Assembly (NCBI RefSeq): GCF_009914755.1
Contig: NC_060939.1
DNA: 64,000 nt
DNA from: the human T2T-CHM13v2.0 reference genome, Homo sapiens
Strand: one strand, 5' to 3'
Shown here: positions 38,160 to 52,314 of the stretch, piece by piece
Numbering within the stretch: position 1 is the stretch's first letter
Layout of the letters: the number at the start of each line of letters is the position of its first letter
Program-made: the position numbers and the translations under genes
The notes under the pieces: model-generated
What the model saw: the letters and a program-made list of their open reading frames with translations, nothing else
Told to the model about the DNA's origin: nothing
Database searches by the model: none

Positions 38160-40090
38160 TTTTAACGTTTTATTTTGAAATTATAGATTAAGAGGAAGTT
38201 GCAAAAATAATACAGAAATGCCCGGGAATCTTTTACTCCATTTTCCCAGGGCAAATCTTATGACTACAGTGCAATATTGAAACCTAGACTTTGACAGTAA
38301 TACAATCCACAGATCTAATTTGTATTTCACTAGCGTTGTGTGCACTCGTGTGTGTGTATAACTTACTCTATGTGAGTTTAATCCCATGCATAGAGTTGTG
38401 TAACCATCACAATGGTCATGTCACAGAGCTAGGCCATGCCCACAGGGTTTCCTCGTGCTCGTTTTTAGCCATACCCTCCCTTCCATCCTCCACCCTTCTT
38501 CTCCATCTCCATGGTAACATGTCTCTCCATTCATTTAAGTGATATTTGATATCTTTCACCATCAATTTTTCAAGTTTCAACATACAGATTCTGCACGTGT
38601 TTGTTAGATTTATACCTGAGTACATAATTTTCTTTGGAGCAACTTTAAATGGTAATATATTATTAATCTCAGTTTCTATATATTAGCATATAAAAATGCA
38701 ATTAAGCTTTTCGTTCCTCTTAAATCCTACAGCCTCGTTAAGCTTACTTATTAGTTTGAAGAGGTTCATCGTTTGTTTATGTGTTTGTTTTTGTAGATTG
38801 GGATTTTTCTACAGACCCTCATGTCATTTGCAAATAAGGACAGTTTAATTTTTTCCTTTCCAATCTGCATGAAGTGTTTTTTTCTTGACTTATTTCACTG
38901 CCCAGAACGTTCAGTACTATGTTGAATAAGAGTGATGATAGCAGACACCTTGCTTTGTTTTTGATCTTAGGAGGAAGCCATTCAGTCTTGTCACATTGAG
39001 TGTTAACTGCAGACTTTTTGTAGAGTCTCTTTATGAAGTTGAGGCCATTCTCTTCCATTACTACTTTGCTGATTTTTATCATGACTGGGTGTTGCATTTT
39101 TCTGCATCAATTGATTTTATTTCAATATTAATTGATATTACTTTTCTTCTTTAGGCTGTTGGTATAGGAGACTACACTGATTAATTTTAAATATTGAACT
39201 AATTCACTTTTCATCCCTATAATAAATTCCATTTGGTCATGGAGTATAATTCTTTATATTGCTACATTCTATTTGCTAATCTTTTTTGAGTGTTTTTGTG
39301 TTTAAATTTATAGAAATATCAGTCTATAGTTTTCCTGTACTGTTTTTATCTAGTTTTGGTATTATGCAAATACTGGCCTTGTAATGTGGTTGCAAAGTAT
39401 TCCCTCCTCTTCTACTTTCTTGAAAAGACTGTGGACAGCTGGTGTTCAGTATTCATTAAATATTTGGCAGAATTTGCCAGTGAAATCATCTGGGCCTGGT
39501 GATTTCCTTTTTAAGAGCCTTTTAATTACAAATTTATAGGTTTTTCAAATTTCTATTTCATGTTGTTTGATTTTTGGGTAATTTTTGCGTTTCAAAGAAC
39601 TGACTCACTTCCTTAAAGTTGTTGAATTTATGAATGAAGGTTGTTCATGGCATTCCTGTATCACCATCTGGATTGCTGCAGGATCTGTAGAGCTAGCTCT
39701 GCTTTAATTCCTGATACTTGTGATTTGCGTCATCTTTTTATCTTTGTCAATCTCGCTAAAAGTTTATCAATGTTATTGATCTGTTTTGGAGACTAGATTT
39801 CGTTTTTGTTTTATTGATTTCCTCTACCATCTTTCTATTTTTATACCATCTTTCTATTTTTTATTTTATTGATATTTGCCCTGATATCTATTATTTATTT
39901 CCTTCTGCATGCTTTGAATTTTTTTGCTCTTCTTTTTCTAATTTCTCAAAGTTGGAATTTGGACCATTGATTTGAAATGTTTTCTGTTTTCTAATGTAGC
40001 CTTTTAGTGCTATATATTTCCCTCTCAGCACTGCTTTAGCTGCATCCCACATACTTTAGTATATGGCATTTTTACTTTCACTCAGTTAAA
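38160..40090 (-). mobile_element. L1MC-type LINE (3'UTR joined at ~38512 to ORF2 remnant)
   Basis: 'ttttattttgaaattatagattaagaggaagttgcaaaaataatacaga' L1MC 3' end; translation 38819-39097 (WLPPKIKNKARCLLSSLLFNIVLNVL) resembles L1 reverse transcriptase. Confidence 0.85.
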
Positions 40091-40302
40091 ATATCATCTT
40101 TAAAACAAGCAAAAAACCATATAGTGTTAACAAGTTGCTCCTGGACATTTAAAAAGCTTTCCATTTTTGAACATGTGCTCTGACCTTATGGGGATTGTTT
40201 CCTCATCTGTGAACAAAGACTGTCTGATGTTATGGTAGGCTCATGCCTCATTCCCAGACAGCTAGGCCTAGAAGAAGGATGCCACCAAAATAAAGGATGG
40301 CA

Positions 40303-40411
40303 CCACATCAATCAGTAACTGTGATGGATGACCTTCATCAGGGTAGACATTGACATTCTACCCCACATCAATCACTAACTGTGACAGATGACCTTCATTG
40401 GGGTAGACATT
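40303..40411. repeat. Tandem duplication, period 60 bp (two copies)
   Basis: ccacatcaatcagtaactgtgatggatgaccttcatcagggtagacatt / ccacatcaatcactaactgtgacagatgaccttcattggggtagacatt. Confidence 0.9.
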
Positions 40412-41614
40412 ATCAGCTTTGCTGATAAGGATGGGGCTAGAGGATATCTTGTCTTTTTCCACTCAACTTTGAGGGTAAAAACTAGCTATTTTCTGGGAAA
40501 CAGGACAATGGCTAGCAATTACACAGAAAATGCTTAGTCAATGTTGAGTGAAGGGGTATTGAGTTATTACATGTGGCAGTTAATCCGTAGTTAGCTGAGC
40601 CTGTGAGGCCAACCAAAAGTAGGATGGAAACAATTGGGAAATATAGATTGTTATGGGATGACCCCAAGAACATGGCAAGCAAAGGTCAAAAGTTAGTGAT
40701 CTGTCACTGACAGCAGTTAAATTCCTGACAGCAGGAGGTACAGCGATGTGCGTCATTCAGGTTTGCAGTGGAATCACTGCTCTGCTCTGTGCAGGTTTAC
40801 CCTGGTCATCCCTGCAGCCTCGCCATGGCTCCAGGCCTGCTAGGAAGAGGCCTCATCTGGCCAACACTTGTGTGAGTGTACTGGCTCCGTAGTGCAAAAT
40901 GACAACAGAGAAGCCAAGGTGCACCTTTCTTCTAGAGAGAGGATTTAAACTGATCAATGATCAATGATGTATTACTACCTCATGAGTCAAACAGGATAAC
41001 ATATTCCTTAGACTAAACAGACATGAGCCCTCTCGCAGCAACTGGAATTCTTGGTTATTTCCCATCCTCCTCCCTCTCCTGGAAGAAAATCATTCTATCT
41101 GCAGACTCACTCCTCACTGCTCCCACCCCTTGTCTCTGCCCAACACCCCAGTCATGGGTCAGGTGATACCAACTAGAGGTGGTGGGAAGGGCACCTTCTT
41201 ATAGGCAGGTGGCAAAGAAAATCACTCATTCCAGAAGATGCCTGGACCACTAGACAGAAAGTGCCTCATAATAGGTATTTTCTAACAGTCCTTATAGGAA
41301 ATAACATGACCAAAAGGGAGAGATTCTCCCCCTTCCAATCACATTATAAATGCATGAGTATGGGGTTATCCCCCTCACCAAAGAGTGTGTGTCATTCACA
41401 TTGTATTGCATTGTACTGCATTCACATTGTATTGTATTGTCATTCACATTGTATTGTATTGGCCCAGCCCCAACTTCTGACATGAGCAAGGGTTCACAGC
41501 ATGTTGGGATTTAACTAGAGGGCTAATTCCTATACTACTGCTCAAGCAGACAAGCAATAGACACCCACTGGAATGTCCTTGAGAACACTGAGTTCAAGTC
41601 TGAGATCTTGAACA

Positions 41615-41918
41615 TGCTGGAAGTCCAGGATGAAGATGTCTTCAGGGTTGGTTTCTCCTAGGTCTTCCTTCCTTGCCTTGCAGTCCTTCTTGCCACGTCC
41701 TCATAGGGCTTTTCTCTGTGCGAGTACATCCCTGGTCTCTCTCTCTCTCTTCCTAAAAGGACACCAGTCGTATTTAATTAGGACTCTACACTTAACCCTC
41801 ATTTAACCTCAGTTACCTTTTTAAAGGTTCTAGCTCCAGATACCTAAATGCTTTCCCACTGGGGGCTAGGGTTTCAACATACGAACTTGCGGGGGGGACC
41901 ACAATTCAGTGCATAACA
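41615..41918 (-). mobile_element. MLT1B-like MaLR LTR
   Basis: 'aaggacaccagtcgtatt...ctcatttaacctcagttacct...gggtttcaacatacgaac...acaattcagtgcataaca'. Confidence 0.8.
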
Positions 41919-41974
41919 CATATATCCACACATACATGCACGTACATGTAGGCACACTCATACACACATATATG

Positions 41975-43250
41975 CTGCAGGGAATGTACAATAATTTGAA
42001 AACAGTTTAGCAATATCTTAAAAAGTTAGACATGCACTATATCTGTTTCCATAGCCTGATCATTCTATTGCTTGGTATTTACTCAAACGGAAACATATCC
42101 ACACTGTCTTAGTCCATTTTGCATTGCTATAACTTAATACCACAAAGTGAGTAATTTATTAGGATAAGAGGTTTATTTTGGCTCACAGTTCTGGAGGATA
42201 GGAAGTGCAAGATTGGGTGGCCCCATCTGCTCAGCTCCTGGTGAGGGGCCCTGTGCTGCATCATGATGTGGCAGGAGGCATCACAGGACAAGAGGACTGA
42301 CCATGTCACTCATGTCTCTCTTTCTCCTCCTATAAAGCTGCTAATGCCCCACCTTCATGGCCCCATCTAATCTGATTCTCTCCCAAACCTTCCCCTCTCA
42401 CATACTGGTATAGATTTCCCACCCTCTGCATTTCATCTTAACAAAATTTAAACTCTCTGAGGATCCCAGAATCAACCAACAAAAAGCACAGTTAGGTAAT
42501 TAAAGTATTAAGTATTGCCACAATGAAGATTAGGTTTTAACATGACTTGATGGGGGGACAAACATTCAAACCATAGTGCACACAAATATGCATTCCATCG
42601 CATCCTCCTTTGTAATAGTCTGAAACAAGATAAAAATCCAAACGTCCATTAAGAGTGAATGAATAAGCAAATTGTGATCTATCCATTCATTAGAATACTA
42701 CTTAGGGGAGAGAGAAAGAACAGGGGTGGGAGACAGGGAGGGACTTAGCAATCGGGGGAGAAATAAGGCAGAACAAACAAGCGTCACAGAAATATATATA
42801 TAATATATATGTTTATATATTATGTTATATATATGCATTTATTTTTTGCTCAGCCTAGTAATTTTGAAATTCATCTGTTTATATATATATGCATTTTTAT
42901 ATGTTTATGTATAGATTCATCTATGAAGAAGCTGTATAAATATATTCATCTACATATGTATGTTTTTATATATATACATATATATAAACATAGATGGATC
43001 TCAAAACCACTAGGCTGAGCAAAAAATGAATGCATACTTATCATTTTATTAATATAAAATTCTGGTGGCAAAATTAGACCAGTGGTTGGTTGCCTGAGGA
43101 CACAAGGAAGCTTTGGGGGCTGACAGACCTGTTTGCTATCTTGACGATGGTGACATTTCACAGGTGTACACACATGTCACAATTGACCAAATGGTATACT
43201 GTGCATACATGAGTTTATTATACAGCAATAGTACCTCAATAGAATTGTAA
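41975..43250 (+). mobile_element. L1ME-type 3' region interrupted by an MST LTR
   Basis: 'ttgaaaacagtttagcaatatcttaaaaagtta', 'gaataagcaaattgtgatctatccat', 'tttattatacagcaatagtacctcaata'. Confidence 0.7.
42105..42578 (-). mobile_element. MSTD/MLT1A-like MaLR LTR
   Basis: 'tgtcttagtccattttgcattgctataac...ggacaaacattcaaaccatag'; perfect 5-bp TSD CACAC (42100-42104 / 42579-42583). Confidence 0.88.
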
Positions 43251-43646
43251 AAGAAGTACACTCTTACTCACCATATCACCTCTGACAAGCAACCTGTACA
43301 TACCATATTTACTTCCCAAAGAAAGGAGCATGCGAATCCTGAGGCTGAGTCCCTTCAAAGCCCCTGGGAAGCTCCTGCGTGAGTTCATGAACATGATGAG
43401 CAGGACGGAGCTGGAAGCCACATTTCACCTGCTGTCCTCAGCAGCTGGCATGCATTCTAGTGACACTTGGCACTGCGCGGCTACCTTTATGGTTACTGAC
43501 TGGCTTTAATACTTTAAATACTTGTGTTGTGCTCTTTGTTAGTTGATTCTGGGAACTTCAGAGAGTTTTTATTTAGTTTTAAATTTCGCTTCTTTAAAGA
43601 ATTTTCTGATTTCAAATCCATTTATTAACAAATAACGTAATTTGCA

Positions 43647-43802
43647 GCCAGGTGCGGTGCTCAGGCCTGTAATCCCAGCACTTTGGGAGGCTGAGGTAAG
43701 AGGATTGCTCGAGCCCAGGAGGCAGAGGTTGCAGTGAGCCATGATTGTGTCACTGCATTTCAACCTGGGTGACAGAGTGAGATCCTGCACCCCTCCACAA
43801 GA
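43647..43802 (+). mobile_element. Monomeric Alu (FRAM-like or recombined AluJ)
   Basis: Single arm with left-arm start and right-arm 'ggttgcagtgagccatgat' insert; TSD aaataacgtaatttgca (43630-43646) / aaattatgtaatttgca (43803-43819). Confidence 0.85.
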
Positions 43803-44914
43803 AAATTATGTAATTTGCACTTTTAATACATCACATTATACGTGACACTACAGAAAACTCAGGAGGAAAAGTGAACAATATTATTTTAATGAGTAACATT
43901 AAAAATAGAATTATATCATAGAAGAAAATTGTTTTGCTTTTTAATCATCAACAGCTGCACTTCACTGTAATGAAAGTTAAATACTACTCCTTTACTACCT
44001 TCACGTAATAAAGTGATTTGTGAAAACTGGATAGAAATTAAAGTATAATCAGTATTTTCAAAGGACAATTATCACATTCCTCAACTATAAATTCAAGTTG
44101 CATTAGTCCCAAACAAACATGGTTTATGTTTGTGTGGTATTCTTTTGTAATTTACACAGATCTGTAAGTGGAAATGACAAAAATTTTATTTATTTATAAA
44201 ATTCTTACTCTCTTGTTTAAAGCCATAGAATCTTTTTTGTTTTTATATTTTCATCAAAAAGGTAATGTGTTCTTTAGAGAAAATATGGTGGGGGAAAAAG
44301 TGACAAGAAGAAAATATCCTTCTATCTACACACCCACTTTTTAAAAATCCAAGAGATGACCTCTGTGTCTCTGCAACTGATATTTCTTCTAAAATTGATG
44401 GAGACACATTTGTATCTATTGCAAGATCTGTGCTATAATAATTTCACCAGCCCTTTCAACTTAATGCTGCGTGGACATTTGCCCATGTCATTAAATGAAC
44501 TTATTCAGCATAATTGTGGAGTATTTAATTCCATGAATCAAGTAGTTACTGAAACTCAGTAGGGATGCAAGAATGTGTGCCGTTCAGTGAAAGCATCTGC
44601 TGTATCCGCCGTACTGGCCTCTACGCTTAGACCGGGTCGTGTATTCTATTTTTCTGTGGTAAATAAAGAGACTGTGAATACCCTAGCACATCAGTCTTTG
44701 CAAATATCCGGGGGCATTTTCTCAGTATCAGTTCTTGGATTTGAACTGCTCAGTCAGAGATCACGTGCCAAGGTTTTCATGACTGAGTGGAGGTTACCAA
44801 AATGCCAGATCGCCTTTTCCTTCTGCACACCTGGCAGCCTTGTGGCTGTGTGCCTCTCTCCTGCACCCAAGGCAGGTATGGGCAATCTGGTTCAGTGTAG
44901 CAGTGGCCATCTAA

Positions 44915-45574
<660 letters not shown>

Positions 45575-45589
45575 CCTGTTTTATATTTC

Positions 45590-45770
45590 ACAGCCCTTAT
45601 GAGCACCTAAAATATTATGCCTACATGTGTTTTTATAATGGTCTATCCTCCTCTGCCCCCCCACTTCAAAGAGCAGGAACTTTTTTTTCCCTATTGTTTC
45701 CACCTTGCGTAGAATAATGCCTGGAGCATAGTAGGAGTGCAATTAATATTTATTTAATAAATGGCTAACA
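45590..45770 (+). mobile_element. L2 3' end (host of the Alu)
   Basis: 'tagaataatgcctggagcatagtaggagtgcaattaatatttatt'. Confidence 0.7.
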
Positions 45771-46587
45771 AATGACGTGTGCATGCACAAACACACGTGC
45801 TATGAGCACTGCTGTGTGAGTCCAAGGTCTCCTTTCGTCCTCTTAGAAATCATAATCAGTGCCCCACAAACCACATCCTCACAGATGCTAAACCTGCCCA
45901 GGAGTGCAGGAGAGGCCACATCACTCTGACCTGACCGAGAGACAGAAGGGCACCCCCACCACCACCAAGAAGGCAGAGAAGAGGGAATCAGTGTGAAGAA
46001 CCGACCTGGGGGCAGGTCAGAGATGGGCACCCAGGGAGGAGCAAGAGGGGCGTAGCTGACTTCCTGGGCGGCTTCAATCTCTCATTCACATTTTCCTCTT
46101 TGCCTCCGCCCATCCTTGGTGAGTAGATAGTCCCCTCCCTCATTAGTCCAGAAATCCTGTCACAGCGACTAAACCTGAGTCCAGTCTTGTCAACATTTTG
46201 GATGCAATAGAATCTTGAGGTGCTTGTTCACAGTAAATTCTGAAAGCCTTGGTCTAGAAGGGACATCTCAGGTGCAGAATATGGGAAATTGCATGTTTAT
46301 AACCAAAACCAGGACACAGCCTCACACAGCTCCCTTCTGCTCGCACAACCTCCTCCTCACAATGCCTCCTCTTCAACGCTTGCCTCTTCCCAGCAGCCCT
46401 GCCGTCAGCTCCTATGTCCCAGTGGGACCCTGTGTTCATTTCCTGGGGCTGCTGTAACTAGGCATCATGAACCACGTGACTTGGATGATCTCTGGGGATA
46501 TTGCAGCTGGAATCACAGGCAGAGGTGGCCAAAGGCTTTCTAGAGGGCTCTATCTGCCTCAGCATGGGTCATGTTTTAAATGTGCAG

Positions 46588-47006
46588 GTGTCTGTCTGCC
46601 AGGGCTGCTGTAACAAGATACTGCAGACTGGGGGAGTCATACAGCCGACTTTTATTGTCTCACTATTCTGGAGGCTGGAAGGCTGAGATCAGGGTGTCGG
46701 CAGAGGTGGTTCCTACCCGGGCTGTGAGGGAGAGTTAGCCCCGGGCCTCTCCCTTTTGCCCCTGGCTTGTAGGTGAGGCACTCCTGGTGGCCTTAATCAT
46801 CACCCCTCTGTGCACATCGGTCTCTGTGTCCACACTTCCCCTTGGTATAAGAACCCAGTCCTGTTGGATGCAGGGCCACTCTAATGACTTCATTTTAACT
46901 GATTGCCCCTTTTAAGACCCTATCTCCAAATACTGTCCCTTTGTGAGGTCCTGGGGGTTAGGACTTCAACATTTCTTTTTTGAAGGGACACAGCTCATCC
47001 TCAGCA
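46588..47006 (-). mobile_element. MLT1C-like MaLR LTR
   Basis: 'gggctgctgtaacaa...tctggaggctggaag...aagaccctatctccaaatactgtc...gggggttaggacttcaacat'. Confidence 0.85.
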
Positions 47007-47654
47007 GGCCCCTGACCCCAGGGGCTTCATGCGAATGTTGCTGGCGGTATTACTGCACAGTACCCTCCCAGCTGCCCTGTGCTTCTAGAAACCTCCATCA
47101 GAGTCCGGAACCCTGACTGCTTTAGGGCCCTAGTCTTACAGTGACTGCAAGGAAGAGAAAACTTTTTGCTTGTTTATTGTTTAGAAATATTACATACCTG
47201 ATTCTTTCCTGCCTCCCAAGAAAAAGCACAATTCTGTGAGAGACGCTTTTTTTTTTTTTACCCCAATTTACATATGAGAAAACTGCCGCTTGGATAAAGT
47301 CAATCAGGAACTCAGTGTTATCCAGGAGTGACTAGTGAAAGAAGTGGTCCTCAAATCCAGGATGTCTCTGCCTAGAGTTCTGTGAAAAAGTCATATGTTC
47401 TCTTGGTTGAGGTAAGTAGCAGTGACTTATGCTCTTGCTTTCAGCCAATTCAACTCTGCTCTGAAGCAGAGTTGAAGTGCAAGATCAGGGATCAGGAAAG
47501 GGAGAACAGTCCAAATACCAGGCACCAGAGGTAAGTGCTCAACCGCAGAGTGGGCAGTGGGAGACAGAGGAGCACCGCGGAAGGTGATTCCTCGAAGGGC
47601 CACACATACAGGAGCCAACAGCTAAACTTTTACTAGTGCCTGTCTATTGCTTTA

Positions 47655-48105
<451 letters not shown>

Positions 48106-48382
48106 TTACTTTTCACTTGGGAAGAGAGAACAATGGAGCTCTCCCTCCAGGGTGTCTGGAGCTTCTGCCTGCAGGGTCTTCCTTCTCTTAGGTTTTGGGG
48201 CCAGGAGAGGGTAGGCACTGTTTGTCTTTTATTTGAAGAGGGTCAGCTTTTTTCCTTGCTTTCTTAAAAAGAGTGGGTTGAGTTCTCAAAAAAAGTTCAT
48301 GCAGCCTTCTGGTTAAGCTGGGTGCGTGGAATGCACACATTGGCAGAAGCTGCCAGCATCTGTCAGCTGTGCCCTCTCTAGA

Positions 48383-48918
<536 letters not shown>

Positions 48919-49126
48919 GTTGTACTGTAATGGAACCACAATGCTTCGCTCAGCACATGGGCCTGGAGATAGAGAGAATCTTCTCCAGCTCTCCTGTGGC
49001 CAGACATGGATGTGTGATGGGGTTGGGACAGCGGAGTGGAAGGGAAGTGATTTGTGCTACTTCTGTCCTGCTAGGGACATCCTGAAGAGGAGAGACCAGA
49101 GCAAAAGCTGGAGGAATGGGACAGGG

Positions 49127-49201
49127 CATATGTAACAAACCTGCACGTTGTGCACATGTACCCTAGAACTTAAAGTATAATAAAATAAAATAAAATAAAA
49201 A
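49127..49201 (+). mobile_element. Young L1PA extreme 3' end (~75 bp)
   Basis: 'catatgtaacaaacctgcacgttgtgcacatgtaccctagaacttaaagtataataaaa' matches the L1PA terminus. Confidence 0.92.
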
Positions 49202-50279
49202 GAAGAAGGTGAATCCAGCACTTGGCCGTCTGCTTCCAGAAAATTGCATGAAGAAGAAATGTTCTTCGTCTCTCTCAGCCACTGTTGAGATGGATCTCCA
49301 TTACATGCAGGGGAACCTGAATCTTAAACAGTGAAGAGTGCGCCTCCTGAAAGCAGAGCGCTGCACATGGCAGAAGCTAAACCCTGCAGCATCAGCTCGG
49401 CAGTCTAAAGGCAAGTAGCAAAGACACAGGCATTTGCAAGCTGGAAAGCTTGTGATGCGAGTTATGTTGTGGCAAATCATTAGGGCAAAGCTCACAGGCA
49501 TGAGATGTTAGAAGGCGCACCATGTGCAACAAAGCTTCTAACTCTAGGGAAAAGGATGGGAAAATGAGGCATGTGGTGGTGTCTCAGCTACACCTCTCCG
49601 CTCTGCAAAGTCTGAAGAGAGAATTGAGCTCAGGCTGGAGCAGAGCAGGGAGTGGTACAGTCTCCTTGAGGATGAGAGCCTCCCTACAGCTGCCTGTACA
49701 TCAACTGAGAGTCTAGGAATTTAGGGCCTCACAGGGCAGCAACAGTTACTGCTTTTGTCACTCACACTAAAGCTGTTACAGAAGTGGTAACTTTAACCTG
49801 GAAAAAAACTGTGATTCCAACCAGTGAGAATGAGGCCAGCTTCAGAGATGTGATCACAGATGTTACCCTCTCATCAAAGGGATTGCCATGGAGTGGGAAG
49901 AGAACACCGAAGGTGCAGGGGCAGGAGTGTAAAGCACGGAGATTTTAGGCTTAAAAACAGCACCCAGATGCAGGTCCTACAAGGTAACATCGGCTCAGCT
50001 CATTAAGTTAGAATATATCCTTACATCTTCCCAAAAATACTCAGAAGGACAATGAAGGCACGTAAAATCATCCAGCACTCAGGCTAACAGCTTGACTAAA
50101 AGACAACACCAAGAAATGAATTCATCTGCAGACAGTGAAGTGAGTATTCTAAACGATCATGGCCTGCCATGAAGGCCACACCAGGGCAGTGTCCTGCAGG
50201 CACCACCACAGGGGAGAGGTAGTGGGGCTCCAGTAGGAGTAGAACCGGATGACACCAATGAGACCCACACCCAAACGGA

Positions 50280-52199
50280 GAGTGTCCTCCCCAATTCAAT
50301 ATCCTTACTTTAAACACATCTGCAAAGTCTCCTTTGCTGTTTAAGACAACGTATTCACAGGCCCTGGCACGAGGACATGGACATCTTTGGGGATGAAGCT
50401 ATGCCAGCCTGCAGTCTGGCTTCCAAAGGTGTATGTCTCTCACACACGCCAAAGGCATTCACCTCCTCTTAAGGTCTCCAAAAATCTCAATTCATCATAG
50501 CAACTCCAAGTCCATTATCTCATTAAATCTCACCAGTTTAAAAGCCCAAAATATCATCTAAATCAGGCAAGGGTAGGACTCTGACAATAATCCATCCTGG
50601 AGCAAAATTCCCCTTCATCTGTGAAGCTGTGAATCCAAAGAAACAAGTGTTTTGTTTCCAAAATACAATGGTGGGACAGTCGTAGACATTTCCTTTCAGA
50701 AACAGAAGGAAAGACTGGTCTCAAGCAGTTTTGAAATCAAGAAGGGAAAACTCCATTAGGTTTTGAGGCAAGAAAAAAAAATCCTCTGTAGCTCTCAGCT
50801 CTACCCTCTAAATCATCTTACCCCCTTTTTTTTTTCTAAATGAGCTGCAGAGCTGAGTCGTTTTATCAGCCTGTTTCCTGCCAGTAGAATTTTGGGGGTC
50901 CATCAGCCTTCTTTCATTTTTGCTCTTTCCATCCCTTTCGGCGCAAGCTGGCACTGTTCCTGCTGATATGAAATTCTCAGGAACCTCGTGGATCACACAC
51001 GTACATCATGGGGATTCACTCATTAGACAAGAGGCTTGCCCACAGATCTTTCCAGGTAATCCCATCTCTACTTTTCCTTTGCGGAGATGGCTGAGGAACA
51101 ATGCCCTTGAGCTTCCTAAGGGCATTGTTAGAAAGAGGAAGAGGCTCTCTGGTTCCAGGACATTTGTGAGTCCCTTTCTTTACCCCGTCAAAGAGCCTTT
51201 TGTGTGACAGAATACTCTGACCTTTTGGTCTTCCTAAGATATTTCCAGAAAGTGTAGAGCCATACCGTCAGCCTTTTCTCTAGAACATGCTTTTCTGACA
51301 ATAAATCTCTCAATTTTAGTGTCGTTTACAACCTGGAAGGACTGAGAGTTTTTCAAACGATCAAGTCCTGGTTTCTTTTTATTTAATGGTTCTTCCCTCA
51401 ATGTAACTTTTCTCTCTTCCACTCTGCAAGAAGAAGCCAGACTGCACTTTCAACGCTTGGCTTGGAAATCACTTACAGGTTCTGCTTTCCACGCCTGCAA
51501 GACCTGTAAGCTTTCTGCTATTGGCCCCCTTTTCCTCCATATCCAATACCACATTCCCTAATTTCTTCTGCATCCTCACCAGCAGTGTTTTTAATGTCCA
51601 TTATTTCTACCAACAATCTGTTCACGGCAACTTAAATGTTCTCTAAGCCTGACCTAGGTTTGTCTATTGTATCCCTCACTTTCTTCTGTTTCCTCATGGG
51701 CAATGTCATTATCATCTATTTTTTTTTTTTTTTTTTTGACTAATAGTCTGCTCAAGGCAATTGAGACTTTTTGTCATCTCAAAATTCTTCCAGTCTCTCC
51801 CTATTTCCAATTTCAAAGCCACTTGCATATTTTTAGATGTTTATTACAGCAAATCTCACTTCCCGGTTCCAAAAATATGTATTAGCCTTCTATTGTTACT
51901 ATAAGGAATTGCCACAATTCGTTACACTACCAGGCTCAAATCAAGGTGTTGGGAGGCTGTATTTCTTTCTGGAGGCTGTAAGGAGGATGGCTTTCCTTCC
52001 TGTTTGAATTGCTGGCAGAACTCAACAACAGGGTCTCCCTACTTCTCAGAACCAGCAACTGGAGCATCACAGCCTTCTCATGCTGCCACTTTCTCTGCCT
52101 ATGGCGGGAAAAAATCCTCTAGCTTCTGTGCGTTTAAGGACTCATGGTTGTTATTAAATTGTGGACCTCTTTGTTGGGGCATTATTCTGCCTACCACCA
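50280..52199 (-). mobile_element. MLT1E-like MaLR element with internal region (LTR parts ~50280-50412 and 51878-52199)
   Basis: Internal 50860-51100 is the reverse complement homologue of 34340-34600; LTR motifs 'acatctgcaaagtc', 'attattctgcctaccac'. Confidence 0.8.
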
Positions 52200-52314
52200 T
52201 GGACAAATGTAAAACTTCACTGAGCTATAAACTGGAGTGTAGCCATTTAGTGTTTCATAATTTACACTTCTATTAAAGGACATCTTAAAAAATAGATGAC
52301 ATTGGGGTTCTACT

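Noticed and set aside
43236-43430. Minus-strand donor GGTGAGT at ~43270 with a 61-aa ORF
   Set aside because: No convincing polypyrimidine acceptor and no recognisable protein similarity.
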